Source: Opitutia bacterium | GTDB lineage: Bacteria; Verrucomicrobiota; Verrucomicrobiia; Opitutales; Opitutaceae | DNA: 64,000 nt | Direction: 5' to 3' | Assembly: GCA_947478395.1 (NCBI GenBank) | Contig: CANJVR010000007.1 | Coordinates: 32,001 to 96,000, forward strand | Shown here: one piece after another, positions 27,438 to 36,528 of the stretch | How the letters are laid out: each line of letters starts with the position of its first letter | Numbering within the stretch: the stretch's first letter is position 1 | The notes under the pieces: model-generated | The model's input: the letters and a program-made list of their open reading frames with translations, nothing else | The model's database searches: none | What the model was told of the DNA's origin: nothing | Program-made: the position numbers and the translations under genes

Positions 27438-28454
27438 TCAGGCGCCAGCGACTGGATAGCCGCAGCGCCGGTAAATCGTCTCGACTGTCTGCAAGGTCGC
27501 GATGCCTTCGCGTAATCCGGGCGTCGGTTCGCGACCCAAGCGGATGTCCGCGATGAACGTATCCGTCTCCAGACGCCACGAATCGTCGCCGCCGGGAAAT
27601 TCCCAGATCGTCGTCTCGGGCGGACCCATTTGCGGTAGCATCTTATAGTACGCGAGGCGTTCGACGCCGTAGCTTCCGCCCAAGCCATCGATGGCGAGCT
27701 TTGCGTCGCGACCGTAGATCTCGAGCGAGAAAAGATTTTTCCACTCCGTGCAGCTCACGTGCAGCCAGGCCGTTTGCCCGCCGGCGGTGCGTAAATTGAG
27801 GAACGCGTTATCGTCGACTTTCATGTCCCAGAAGTAAGTCGCTGCGTGGCCTTCGACGCTCGTGAAGTCGCCGAGAAACCAACCGGCGAGATCGATCACG
27901 TGCACGCCCTGGTCGATCAGTTCCCCGCCCCCGGAAAGTTTTGGATCGGCGCGCCATTCGCGATCGTAGCCTTTGCGTCCGCCGTGACCGTAGCGGGCGC
28001 GGAGAAACATCAACGGCCCGAGCGCACCGCTGTCGAATAAAGCGCGGGCTTTTTGGAACGCGGGATGAAACCGGTGATTATAGCCGATGCGGACGCGTGC
28101 GCCGGTCTTCGCGGCTGCGGCTTGGATTTCTTCGAGTTGGGCGGCACCGAGTGCGCCGGGTTTTTCGACGAGCACGTGTTTGCCGGCGCGCACGGCGTCG
28201 AGTGTGACGGGCGCAAGGGCGGAGTTGAGCGTGGCGACGATGACGGCGTCGATCGACGGGTCGGCCAGCGCGATCTTGTAGTCTGTGATCGCCTGGGTGC
28301 CAGGGACCAATTTGGCCGCGTCGGCCGCGCGGGCTGCGTCGAGGTCGCACGCGTAGACGAGTTGGGCCGACTTGAGCGCGCCGGCGCGTTTTTTCCCAAT
28401 CAATCCGCAACCGATGATGGCGAAGCGGAGAGGGGTTTGAGACTTGTCACCCAT
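27438..28454 (-). CDS. Gfo/Idh/MocA oxidoreductase
   Basis: AIIGCGLIG, GKHVLVEKP, GYNHRFHP, GGGELIDQGVH. Confidence 0.9.
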   Translation of the reverse strand: MGDKSQTPLRFAIIGCGLIGKKRAGALKSAQLVYACDLDAARAADAAKLVPGTQAITDYKIALADPSIDAVIVATLNSALAPVTLDAVRAGKHVLVEKPGALGAAQLEEIQAAAAKTGARVRIGYNHRFHPAFQKARALFDSGALGPLMFLRARYGHGGRKGYDREWRADPKLSGGGELIDQGVHVIDLAGWFLGDFTSVEGHAATYFWDMKVDDNAFLNLRTAGGQTAWLHVSCTEWKNLFSLEIYGRDAKLAIDGLGGSYGVERLAYYKMLPQMGPPETTIWEFPGGDDSWRLETDTFIADIRLGREPTPGLREGIATLQTVETIYRRCGYPVAGA

Positions 28455-28480
28455 AAAGGGCGAGCCTCTGCTAACGCCCA

Positions 28481-28882
28481 ATGTTCAAGCAAGAGTTAAT
28501 CCTTCGGCTGCTCCGCTTCGGTCTGGCGGGCGGCGGAGTGACGCTGGTTTTCATGGGGCTCAACTGGGCGTTTGCGCCGCGACTCGGCCCGGACCTCGCT
28601 TACCTGGCGGCTTACCCGCTGGCGGTTGCGCTGCATTTTTGCCTGAACAAATGGTGGACGTTTGGCGATCAGGGCTCCGTCAAAACGCGGCAGATCTCAG
28701 AATATCTGGCGATGATGCTGGTGGCGTTTCTCATTCAGACCGCGGTGTTCAAAGCGCTGATTCATTTCACGCCGATGGCGCCGTGGATCGCGTCGGGCGT
28801 GGCAACCGTCGCGCAAATGGCGCTTTCGTTTTTATTCATGCAGCGCCGCGTGTTCGCGCCGGCGCGGCCGGCGGCGCAGTGA
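28481..28882 (+). CDS. GtrA-family lipid-linked sugar flippase
   Basis: 133 aa with 4 TMs; LLRFGLAG, FCLNKWWTF, SFLFMQRRVF. Confidence 0.8.
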   Translation: MFKQELILRLLRFGLAGGGVTLVFMGLNWAFAPRLGPDLAYLAAYPLAVALHFCLNKWWTFGDQGSVKTRQISEYLAMMLVAFLIQTAVFKALIHFTPMAPWIASGVATVAQMALSFLFMQRRVFAPARPAAQ

Positions 28883-29048
28883 GTTTTTGGTACAGGCGGG
28901 GTGCCCTCACCCTGCAAATGCTCTTCGGCCGCGCTCCCCGCGGAGTGAGCGCACCCCGCCCACAATTTTCTTCTACGGCCTGTCGCCGCGTAATCGCTTG
29001 CCTCGGCTGGAGCTTTTCCTTCCTCGTAACCATTTTCCTCCCGCAAAC

Positions 29049-30056
29049 ATGAAAGGCATCTGCATCGTCGGCTACGGCTATTGGGGCCCCAAGCTTGTGC
29101 GCAATTTCCTCGCCGTCGCGGCCGGGCGCGCCGTCGCCGTGTGCGACGAGAGTGCGGAGCGACTGCAACGCGCGCAGAAAGATTTTCCGGGATTGAAAAC
29201 CTTTGCGTCGTTCGACGCCGTTCTGGCCGACGCCGCTTTCGACGCCGTAGCCTTGGCCACGCCCGTCTCGACGCACTATCCCCTCGCGAAACGCGCCCTT
29301 GAGGCCGGTCGCCACGTGCTGGTGGAAAAACCCATGACCGACTCGCTCGCCACCGCGCGCGAACTCATCGCACTCGCCGCCCGTGAGCGCCGCGTTCTGA
29401 TGGTCGATCACACGTTTGTCTACCATCCGGCCGTCCGGAAAATCAAAGCGCTCGTCGCAGCCGGCGACCTCGGTCAGTTGCGTTACATCGACTCGACCCG
29501 GATCAATCTCGGGCTTTTTCAACACGACGTGAACGTGCTCTGGGATTTGGCGGTGCATGATCTTTCGATCGTCAATTTTCTTACGCCCGAGCGCCCGCTC
29601 GCGGTGAGTGCCGTCGCCACCGCGCACACGCCCGGCGCGCCGGAAAACATCGGGTTCATCGTTCTGCGCTACGCTTCCGGCCTCGTCGTGCATCTCAACT
29701 GTTCTTGGGTCTCGCCGGTAAAAATTCGTCACATCCTCATCGGTGGTGACAAAAAGATGGTTCTCTATAACGACCTCGACGCGAACGAGCCGCTCAAGGT
29801 TTACGACTCCGGCTACCAGGCGCGCACCGATGAGGAACGCAATCGTCTGCTGTTCGACTACCGCGTGGGCGATGTTTATTCGCCGAAGATTCCCGCGGGT
29901 GAAGCGCTCGCGGCGCTGGCGGCGGACTTTGTGCGTGCGACGACCGATGGCGTGGCGCCGATCTCCGACGGCCGTTTCGGCGCGGATGTCGTCGCCATCC
30001 TCGAAGCGGCGCAACGCTCGGTCCGCCAGCGCGGGCAGGAGGTTTTACTCGGATGA
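29049..30056 (+). CDS. Gfo/Idh/MocA nucleotide-sugar oxidoreductase
   Basis: IVGYGYWGPKLVRN, HVLVEKP, VLWDLAVHD. Start ATG 29049. Confidence 0.9.
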   Translation: MKGICIVGYGYWGPKLVRNFLAVAAGRAVAVCDESAERLQRAQKDFPGLKTFASFDAVLADAAFDAVALATPVSTHYPLAKRALEAGRHVLVEKPMTDSLATARELIALAARERRVLMVDHTFVYHPAVRKIKALVAAGDLGQLRYIDSTRINLGLFQHDVNVLWDLAVHDLSIVNFLTPERPLAVSAVATAHTPGAPENIGFIVLRYASGLVVHLNCSWVSPVKIRHILIGGDKKMVLYNDLDANEPLKVYDSGYQARTDEERNRLLFDYRVGDVYSPKIPAGEALAALAADFVRATTDGVAPISDGRFGADVVAILEAAQRSVRQRGQEVLLG

Positions 30057-31156
30057 AAGTTCCCTATTTTGATTTGCCCGCCCAAATCCGCTCGGTCCGG
30101 CCTGAGCTCGACGCAGCGATCGCGCGGACTTTGGACAACTGCTCATTTTGCCTCGGGCCGGATGTGGCCGCTTTCGAGCGCGACTTCGCGGCGTTCTGCG
30201 GCGCGCCGCACGCGGTGGGTTTCAATAGCGGCACCTCGGCGCTGCATGTCGCGCTTCTGTTGCTCGGCGTGGGGCCGGGCGACGAAGTGATCACGACGCC
30301 ATTCACGTTTGTCGCAACCAGCTGGGCGATTTCCTACGTCGGGGCACGGCCGGTCTACGTCGATATCGACGACGCGACCTGCAATCTCGATCCCGCTTTG
30401 GTCGAGCGGGCGATCACGCCGCGCACGAAGGCGATCATGCCGGTGCACCTTTACGGACAGCCCTGCGATCTCGATGCGATCGGCGCGATCGCGCAGAAAC
30501 ACGGTCTTCCACTCGTGGAGGACGCGGCGCAGGCGCACGGCGCGCTCTGGCGCGGCCGGCCGGTCGGCACGTTTGGCGCGATCAGCGGGTTTAGTTTTTA
30601 TCCGGGAAAAAATCTCGGCGCGTGCGGTGAAGCCGGGGCGTTGGTGACGACCGATGCGGCGCTTGCCGAGCGCGCCCGTTCGTTGCGTGAACACGGCGCC
30701 CGCGTCCGCTATTACCACGACGAGGTCGGCTACAATTATCGCATGGAGGGAATCCAGGGCGCAGTACTTGGCGTGAAATTGAAATACCTCGCCGCTTGGA
30801 CCGCCGCCCGTCGCCGCATTGCGCGACGCTACGCGGAGCTGCTGCGCGACACGCCGTTGAAACTTCAGACCGAACTGGCCGGCAGCGAGAGCGCCCGGCA
30901 CGTCTTCGTCGTGCGGCATCCGCGGCGCGATGAATTGAAGGCGCACCTCGAGAAAAACGGGGTCGGCGCGGCGCTGCACTATCCGGTGCCGCTGCATTTG
31001 CAGAAATGTTATGCGCCGCTTGGCTACAAAGCGGGTGATTTCCCTGTGGCGGAAGCGGCGGCGCGCGAGTGTCTGAGCCTGCCGATGTTCGCCGAGCTCA
31101 CGGATGACCAGCTCGCGTATGTGGCCGCACAAGTGCGGACGTTTTTCAAAACATGA
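30053..31156 (+). CDS. DegT/DnrJ/EryC1/StrS aminotransferase
   Basis: SGTSAL, MPVHLYGQ, EDAAQAHG, SFYPGKNLG (PLP lysine). Confidence 0.92.
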   Translation: MKVPYFDLPAQIRSVRPELDAAIARTLDNCSFCLGPDVAAFERDFAAFCGAPHAVGFNSGTSALHVALLLLGVGPGDEVITTPFTFVATSWAISYVGARPVYVDIDDATCNLDPALVERAITPRTKAIMPVHLYGQPCDLDAIGAIAQKHGLPLVEDAAQAHGALWRGRPVGTFGAISGFSFYPGKNLGACGEAGALVTTDAALAERARSLREHGARVRYYHDEVGYNYRMEGIQGAVLGVKLKYLAAWTAARRRIARRYAELLRDTPLKLQTELAGSESARHVFVVRHPRRDELKAHLEKNGVGAALHYPVPLHLQKCYAPLGYKAGDFPVAEAAARECLSLPMFAELTDDQLAYVAAQVRTFFKT

Positions 31157-32157
31157 GTACGGATGGCGGCGGAAAAGTCCTCGTGACGGGCGGTGCCGGT
31201 TTCATCGGCTCGCATCTGTGCGAACATCTCGTGGCGCTCGGTGCGCGCGTGGTGGTGCTGGATAATTTTCGCAACGGTAAGCGCGAGAATCTCGCGTTTC
31301 CGGGTGCGGAGACGCTGGAGATTATCGACGGCGATATCGTGGATCCGACGACGTGCCGGCGGGCGATGCAGGGGGTCGAGGTGGTTTATCACCTCGCCTG
31401 TCTCGGGGTGCGGCACTCGCTCCACAGCCCAGTCGAGAATCATCAGGTGAACGCGCTCGGTTCGCTGAACGTACTCGAAGCGGCGCGGGCGGAAAAAGTG
31501 CGGCGGTTCGTTTACGTTTCCACCTCGGAGATTTACGGTCGGGCGCGGGAGTTTCCGATCACAGAGAATTGCACGCCTTGGCCGCTGACGGTTTACGGCA
31601 GCAGCAAACTCGCGGGCGAGCACTACGCGCGCTCGTATTTTGAATGCTGGCAGTTGCCGGTCGTGTGCGTGCGGCCTTTCAATAACTACGGTCCCCGTTC
31701 GCACTTCGAGGGTGATTCGGGCGAAGTAATTCCACGCTTTTTACTGCGCGCGCTGGCCGGACAGCCACCGGTGGTGTTCGGCGACGGCAGCCACACGCGG
31801 GATTTTCTCTACGTGAAAGATTGCGCCGAGACGCTCGTGAAGATCGCGGGCTGCGCGGCGCTGGTCGGCGACGTGGTGAATCTCGGTTTCGGCGAGGAAC
31901 TGCGGATCGACGTACTCGCGCGGACGGTGTTGGAAGCCGTCGGCCGACCGGATTTGAAAACTGTGTTTGAGGCGCCGCGGCCGGCGGACGTGCCCAAGCT
32001 CTGGGTCGATACCTCAAAGCTGAAGCGTGCGATCGATTTCCGTCCGCGCGTGACGTTGCGCGAAGGCATCGGCCACACGCTGGACCATTTCCGGAAACTT
32101 TACCGCGACAACCCGGCGGCGCTCGGGCAGATCAAAGCGAAGAACTGGGAGGCGTGA
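31153..32157 (+). CDS. NAD-dependent nucleotide-sugar epimerase/dehydratase
   Basis: VTGGAGFIGSH, STSEIYG, YGSSK, RPFNNYGPR, GDGSHTRDF. Confidence 0.9.
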   Translation: MSTDGGGKVLVTGGAGFIGSHLCEHLVALGARVVVLDNFRNGKRENLAFPGAETLEIIDGDIVDPTTCRRAMQGVEVVYHLACLGVRHSLHSPVENHQVNALGSLNVLEAARAEKVRRFVYVSTSEIYGRAREFPITENCTPWPLTVYGSSKLAGEHYARSYFECWQLPVVCVRPFNNYGPRSHFEGDSGEVIPRFLLRALAGQPPVVFGDGSHTRDFLYVKDCAETLVKIAGCAALVGDVVNLGFGEELRIDVLARTVLEAVGRPDLKTVFEAPRPADVPKLWVDTSKLKRAIDFRPRVTLREGIGHTLDHFRKLYRDNPAALGQIKAKNWEA

Positions 32158-32189
32158 TGAGAGAACTTTTTTTCATTATTTGTTCTTCG

Positions 32190-32279
32190 GTCCTTCCGCG
32201 CGAAGTGAAGAATCTAATTAGGCGACGCCGAAGCGGTCGGCGGAATCTCACGGGATTCCTCGTTGCGCTCAGAGTGACA
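32190..32279. repeat. Degenerate inverted-repeat (REP-like) element
   Basis: Arms GTCCTTCCGCGCGAAGTGAAGAATCT and GGATTCCTCGTTGCGCTCAGAGTGAC pair at 17 of 26 positions by hand count. Confidence 0.5.
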
Positions 32280-32305
32280 AACGCGGATGACGTCTCTATC
32301 TTTCT

Positions 32306-33457
32306 ATGATCCCGATCGCCAAACCGTGGATGGGACAACCCGAAGCCGACGCGGCGGCGCGCGCGATTCTCTCCGGCTGGGTGACGCAGGGCCCGGAAGT
32401 CGCCGCATTCGAGCGTGAGTTCGCCGCTGTCGTCGGCGCACCGCATGCCTGCGCGGTTTCCAATTGCACCACGGCGCTTCATCTCGCGTTGCTGGCGGCG
32501 GGCGTGGGGCCGGGCGACGAGGTGATCACGGTCAGCCATTCCTACATCGCGACGGCGAATTCCATCCGTCATTGCGGCGCGGTGCCGGTGTTCCTCGATA
32601 TCGAACCCGCCAACTTCAATCTCGATCCCCGGGGGCAGCGGCTCCTCGATGCGCTTTCGCCCCGGACCAAGGCGTTTCTGGTCGTGCACCAAATCGGAAC
32701 GCCCTGTGACCTGCGGTCGATTCTGGACTTCGCGCGCCCGCGCGGAATCCCAGTGATCGAGGACGCGGCGTGTGCGATTGGCAGCGAGATTTTATGGGAC
32801 GGTCGCTGGGAAAAAATCGGTCGGCCTCACGGCGACGCGGCGTGTTTCTCATTTCACCCGCGTAAACTTGTTTCGACCGGTGACGGCGGGATGATCACGA
32901 CGTCGAATGCGGCTTGGGATGAAAAATTCCGTTTGTGGCGTCAGCACGGCATGAGTGTGCCGGACACGGTGCGGCACGGTTCGAAGCAGGTGGTTTTCGA
33001 GCAGTACACGGAAGTGGGTTTCAATTATCGCCTGACCGATGTGCAGGCCGCGATGGGGCGTGAGCAGTTGAAGCGGCTGCCGGCGATGATCGCTCGGCGG
33101 CGCGAGCAGGCGGCACGCTACGGCGTTTTGCTGGCGGGTGTGCCTGGACTGGTTTTGCCGGCGGAACCGGCGTGGGCACGATCGAATTGGCAGAGCTATG
33201 GCGTGCGTTTGCCGATGCGAAAAGATCAACGCGCTGTGATGCAGGCGCTGCTGGACGCAGGGATTTCGACGCGACGGGGTGTGATGTGCGCGCATCGCGA
33301 GCCGGCGTACGCGAAGGCGCCCTGGCGCGCGGCGGGGTCGTTGGTGGAAAGCGAACGCGCGCAGGATGAAATTGTGATACTGCCGCTGTTTCACGAAATG
33401 ACCGAGTCCGAGCAAGACCAGGTCGTGTCGGCGCTGAAGAGCGCCTTGGCTTTATGA
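32306..33457 (+). CDS. DegT/DnrJ/EryC1/StrS aminotransferase
   Basis: SGWVTQGP, SNCTTALH, EDAACAIG, SFHPRK, GFNYRLTD. Confidence 0.92.
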   Translation: MIPIAKPWMGQPEADAAARAILSGWVTQGPEVAAFEREFAAVVGAPHACAVSNCTTALHLALLAAGVGPGDEVITVSHSYIATANSIRHCGAVPVFLDIEPANFNLDPRGQRLLDALSPRTKAFLVVHQIGTPCDLRSILDFARPRGIPVIEDAACAIGSEILWDGRWEKIGRPHGDAACFSFHPRKLVSTGDGGMITTSNAAWDEKFRLWRQHGMSVPDTVRHGSKQVVFEQYTEVGFNYRLTDVQAAMGREQLKRLPAMIARRREQAARYGVLLAGVPGLVLPAEPAWARSNWQSYGVRLPMRKDQRAVMQALLDAGISTRRGVMCAHREPAYAKAPWRAAGSLVESERAQDEIVILPLFHEMTESEQDQVVSALKSALAL

Positions 33458-34875
33458 GTCCACGTGCGGTTAAAATCAGCTGGTGGGTGATTCTGTGTCT
33501 CGCGCTGGTTTTGCGCGTGGTGATCGTTTTGCGGGGCGGACAATTTTTCTGGTTCGACGAGGGCCGCTATCACGCGGCCGAATCGGCGTGGGATCAGTGG
33601 GAAAAAGGGGCCGGACTCGCGGCCGCGGCGCGCGAGGTGATGGGCGGCGCGGATCATCTCGGCTTCAAGGTTCTGATGCTCGCGCCGGCGTGGGTGCAGC
33701 GTCACACGGGCGGAAGTTATCTGGTGCCCGCGTTTGCGGTGAGTTTATTTTCTCTCTTCAACATCGCGTGGGTGTGGCGCATTGCCCGTCGGGCGGGTGC
33801 GGACGAACGCGAGGCGTTGTGGGCGATGGCGGCGATGGCCGGGACCAACTGCATGTTTTATTGGGCGCGTCACCTGATGCCCTATGACATAGCGCTCTGC
33901 GGGGCGTTGGGGTGTCTCTACGTGGCGGTGAAACCGGCGGCGCGATTCCGCGATTCGGTGGGCGCCGGCGTGCTCGGGTGCACGGCGTTTGTGACTTACA
34001 ACGGCTACTGGGTAATAGTCGCGTGTGTTCTGGTTGCGCACGTGATGCTGGCGCTACCGCGGTGGCGCGAAGCGTTGGGGCGCGCGGCGGGCGGCTTACT
34101 CGGATTGGCTGGTGCGTTTGGGTTGCTGCTGGGATTGGACCAATGGCTCTTGGGTGTCGATTTGTTGGAGTCGTACACGAGTTTTGCCGGCACGATCAGC
34201 CAGGGTGATTTCAACGAGGGGGCGCTGGTTTTTTTCGATTACCTGTGGCGGGTGGAACGCGGGACGGCTTTGCTGTGGGCGCTGGCGTTGCTGGCGAGTG
34301 TGGGGTTACTACGGCGGTGCGAAGCATCGACCCGCCGCCGGGGACTGGTGTGGGCTGGGAGCATTGTTGCGCTGACGGTGATTCTGATTCTCGGGGCGAA
34401 CGTGTTTGAGAAATTCGTGGTATATGGACGGCTTGCGCGGCAAGTCGCGCCGTTTTGTGCGCTGCTTTTGGGCTGGACCGCCGGACGTATCTTTGGCGGG
34501 CAAAATCGCGGACGTGGGCGTGAGGCTTTGGCGTTCGCGGCGCTCGTCGCGTGCGCGGCGTGGAGCATGTCGACGCCGTTACGACAGGAGTTTCCAAGGC
34601 CTTTTCAACTGCGCGCGGAGAAATTTTTGGCCGCGTATCGCAATCAGTACGCGCCGAAGGATCCGGTGGGTACGGCGCCAGAGAAATTCAAATTCCTCTA
34701 TAACAGTTTTATCTGGCCGGAAGCGGATCGCACGGTCCAACCGCCGCATATCGTCCTCATGTCGGCGCCACATCCGCTGCAGTGGAGGCCCTACCTTTAT
34801 GAAGGCTTCAATCACGACCGGCGGGTTCAGATTGAGGGCACGGATATCACAATGCGGCTGATCTTGCTGAAGTGA
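33454..34875 (+). CDS. ArnT/PMT-like GT-C membrane glycosyltransferase
   Basis: WFDEGRY acidic motif after TM1, about 11 hydrophobic segments; coupled to the aminotransferase by an ATGA overlap. Confidence 0.65.
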   Translation: MSPRAVKISWWVILCLALVLRVVIVLRGGQFFWFDEGRYHAAESAWDQWEKGAGLAAAAREVMGGADHLGFKVLMLAPAWVQRHTGGSYLVPAFAVSLFSLFNIAWVWRIARRAGADEREALWAMAAMAGTNCMFYWARHLMPYDIALCGALGCLYVAVKPAARFRDSVGAGVLGCTAFVTYNGYWVIVACVLVAHVMLALPRWREALGRAAGGLLGLAGAFGLLLGLDQWLLGVDLLESYTSFAGTISQGDFNEGALVFFDYLWRVERGTALLWALALLASVGLLRRCEASTRRRGLVWAGSIVALTVILILGANVFEKFVVYGRLARQVAPFCALLLGWTAGRIFGGQNRGRGREALAFAALVACAAWSMSTPLRQEFPRPFQLRAEKFLAAYRNQYAPKDPVGTAPEKFKFLYNSFIWPEADRTVQPPHIVLMSAPHPLQWRPYLYEGFNHDRRVQIEGTDITMRLILLK

Positions 34876-34920
34876 GAGGTTGCGGACGACGTCCGAATTC
34901 AATTTCCCTCGTTCACTCGG

Positions 34921-35388
34921 ATGAGTTCCAAACTGCCACCCAATCCCTACCACGAACTCGCTTGGATCGCCGGTACCCCGGAGATCGGGCAGGGCGTTTG
35001 GATTGGAGCATTCACTTTGATCGACGGACTCGGCGGGCTGAAAATAGGCGACGGGTGTAACATCAGCAGTGGCGCGCAGGTCCTCTCGCATTCGACGGCG
35101 CGGCGCTGCGTGACCGAACGCGTCCTCGATGTCGTGGATAAAAAGGCGACCGAACTCGGGGCGCACGTATTCGTCGGTGCGAACGCCATCGTTTTGATGG
35201 GCGCGAAAGTCGGGCATCACTCGATCGTTGCCGCGGGTGCGGTCGTATTGGAGGACGCCGTGATCCCGCCGTATTCGCTCGTGGCTGGCGTGCCGGCTCG
35301 GGTGGTACGTTCGATCGAGTCTGAAGTGAAAACATGGCGCGAGGAAGGGGGCCGGGCCGAGGCGGCGGCGCTCGCTGGCTCGAGTTAA
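34921..35388 (+). CDS. Hexapeptide-repeat acetyltransferase
   Basis: IGQGVWIG, IGDGCNIS, VGHHSIVAAGAVV, VAGVPARVVR. Confidence 0.85.
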   Translation: MSSKLPPNPYHELAWIAGTPEIGQGVWIGAFTLIDGLGGLKIGDGCNISSGAQVLSHSTARRCVTERVLDVVDKKATELGAHVFVGANAIVLMGAKVGHHSIVAAGAVVLEDAVIPPYSLVAGVPARVVRSIESEVKTWREEGGRAEAAALAGSS

Positions 35389-35391
35389 ATT

Positions 35392-36324
35392 ATGGCGACG
35401 CTTCTTTCCATCGTTACACCGGCTTTCAACGAAGCGGAAAATCTGCCGAAACTTTACGCCCGCATTTGCGCGCTGGACTGGGCTGGGCTGGGGCTGGAGT
35501 TCGAGCTGATCGTGGTCGACGACCATTCGCGCGATACGACGCCGGCGATCTTGCGCGACTTGAGCGCGAAAGATTCACGCGTGCGCTGGCTGCGGTTCTC
35601 GCGGAATTTCGGCAGCCACGCCGCGCTGACCGCCGGCCTCGAACACGCGCGCGGTGACGCGGCCGTGGTGCTGGCGGCGGATTTACAGGATCCGCCCGAG
35701 ACGATTCCCGAGCTGGTGAACCAGTGGCGCGACGGCGGAGCGGTGGTGTGGGCGGTGCGCGGTGCACGCGAAGGCGAGACCCTACAGACGCGACTCGCGG
35801 CGCGGATTTTTTATACTTTTATGCGGCGGGCGCTGCACATGGAAATGCCCCCGAGCGGCGTGGATTTTTTCCTGATTGACCGCGCCGTGATCGACACGCT
35901 GAAGAAGGCGCCCGAGCGCAACACCTCGCTCATTGGGCAGATTCAGTGGATGGGTTTCGAGCAGCGCAGCCTCGTCTACACGAAGCAGGCGCGGGCTTCG
36001 GGTCGTTCCAAATGGACGATTTCGAAGAAGATCAAGCTGTCGGTGGACTGGCTTGTGGGCTTTTCGTATTTCCCCATCCGGTTCATGTCGGCGCTGGGCG
36101 TGCTATTTGCGTGCGTGGGATTCTTGTACGCACTGTTTTTGATCGTGAGGCGGTTTGTCTACGTGGTGCCGGTTGAAGGATGGACCTCGTTGATCTGCGT
36201 CGTGCTGATGACTTCCGGCGTACAGCTCGTGATGCTGGGCGTGCTCGGCGAATATCTGTGGCGCTCGTTCGACGCCAGCCGTCAGCGCCCGCGTTTCATC
36301 ATCGAGCGGCGCCAAGGCCTTTAG
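35392..36324 (+). CDS. GT2, ArnC/GtrB-like undecaprenyl-phosphate glycosyltransferase
   Basis: SIVTPAFNE, VDDHSRD, SRNFGSHAA, ADLQDPP, two C-terminal TMs with LGVLGEY. Confidence 0.9.
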   Translation: MATLLSIVTPAFNEAENLPKLYARICALDWAGLGLEFELIVVDDHSRDTTPAILRDLSAKDSRVRWLRFSRNFGSHAALTAGLEHARGDAAVVLAADLQDPPETIPELVNQWRDGGAVVWAVRGAREGETLQTRLAARIFYTFMRRALHMEMPPSGVDFFLIDRAVIDTLKKAPERNTSLIGQIQWMGFEQRSLVYTKQARASGRSKWTISKKIKLSVDWLVGFSYFPIRFMSALGVLFACVGFLYALFLIVRRFVYVVPVEGWTSLICVVLMTSGVQLVMLGVLGEYLWRSFDASRQRPRFIIERRQGL

Positions 36325-36528
36325 CACGGAGGATTCCCGCGATGGAGCGGAATTTCGCCGCAGGCCCCGACAGAATGTCACTTAATAGGTGACTTTCAGT
36401 CGAAGCGAAAGGGCCGAGGCTGATGTCCGGATTTGCTGTCTATGAAGACGGTGACGACGCGCCATCACCCGCTGAAACTGAATAGGCCGGGAGAGAATTG
36501 GGCGATGCGACGCGTGCGCATTCGGACC

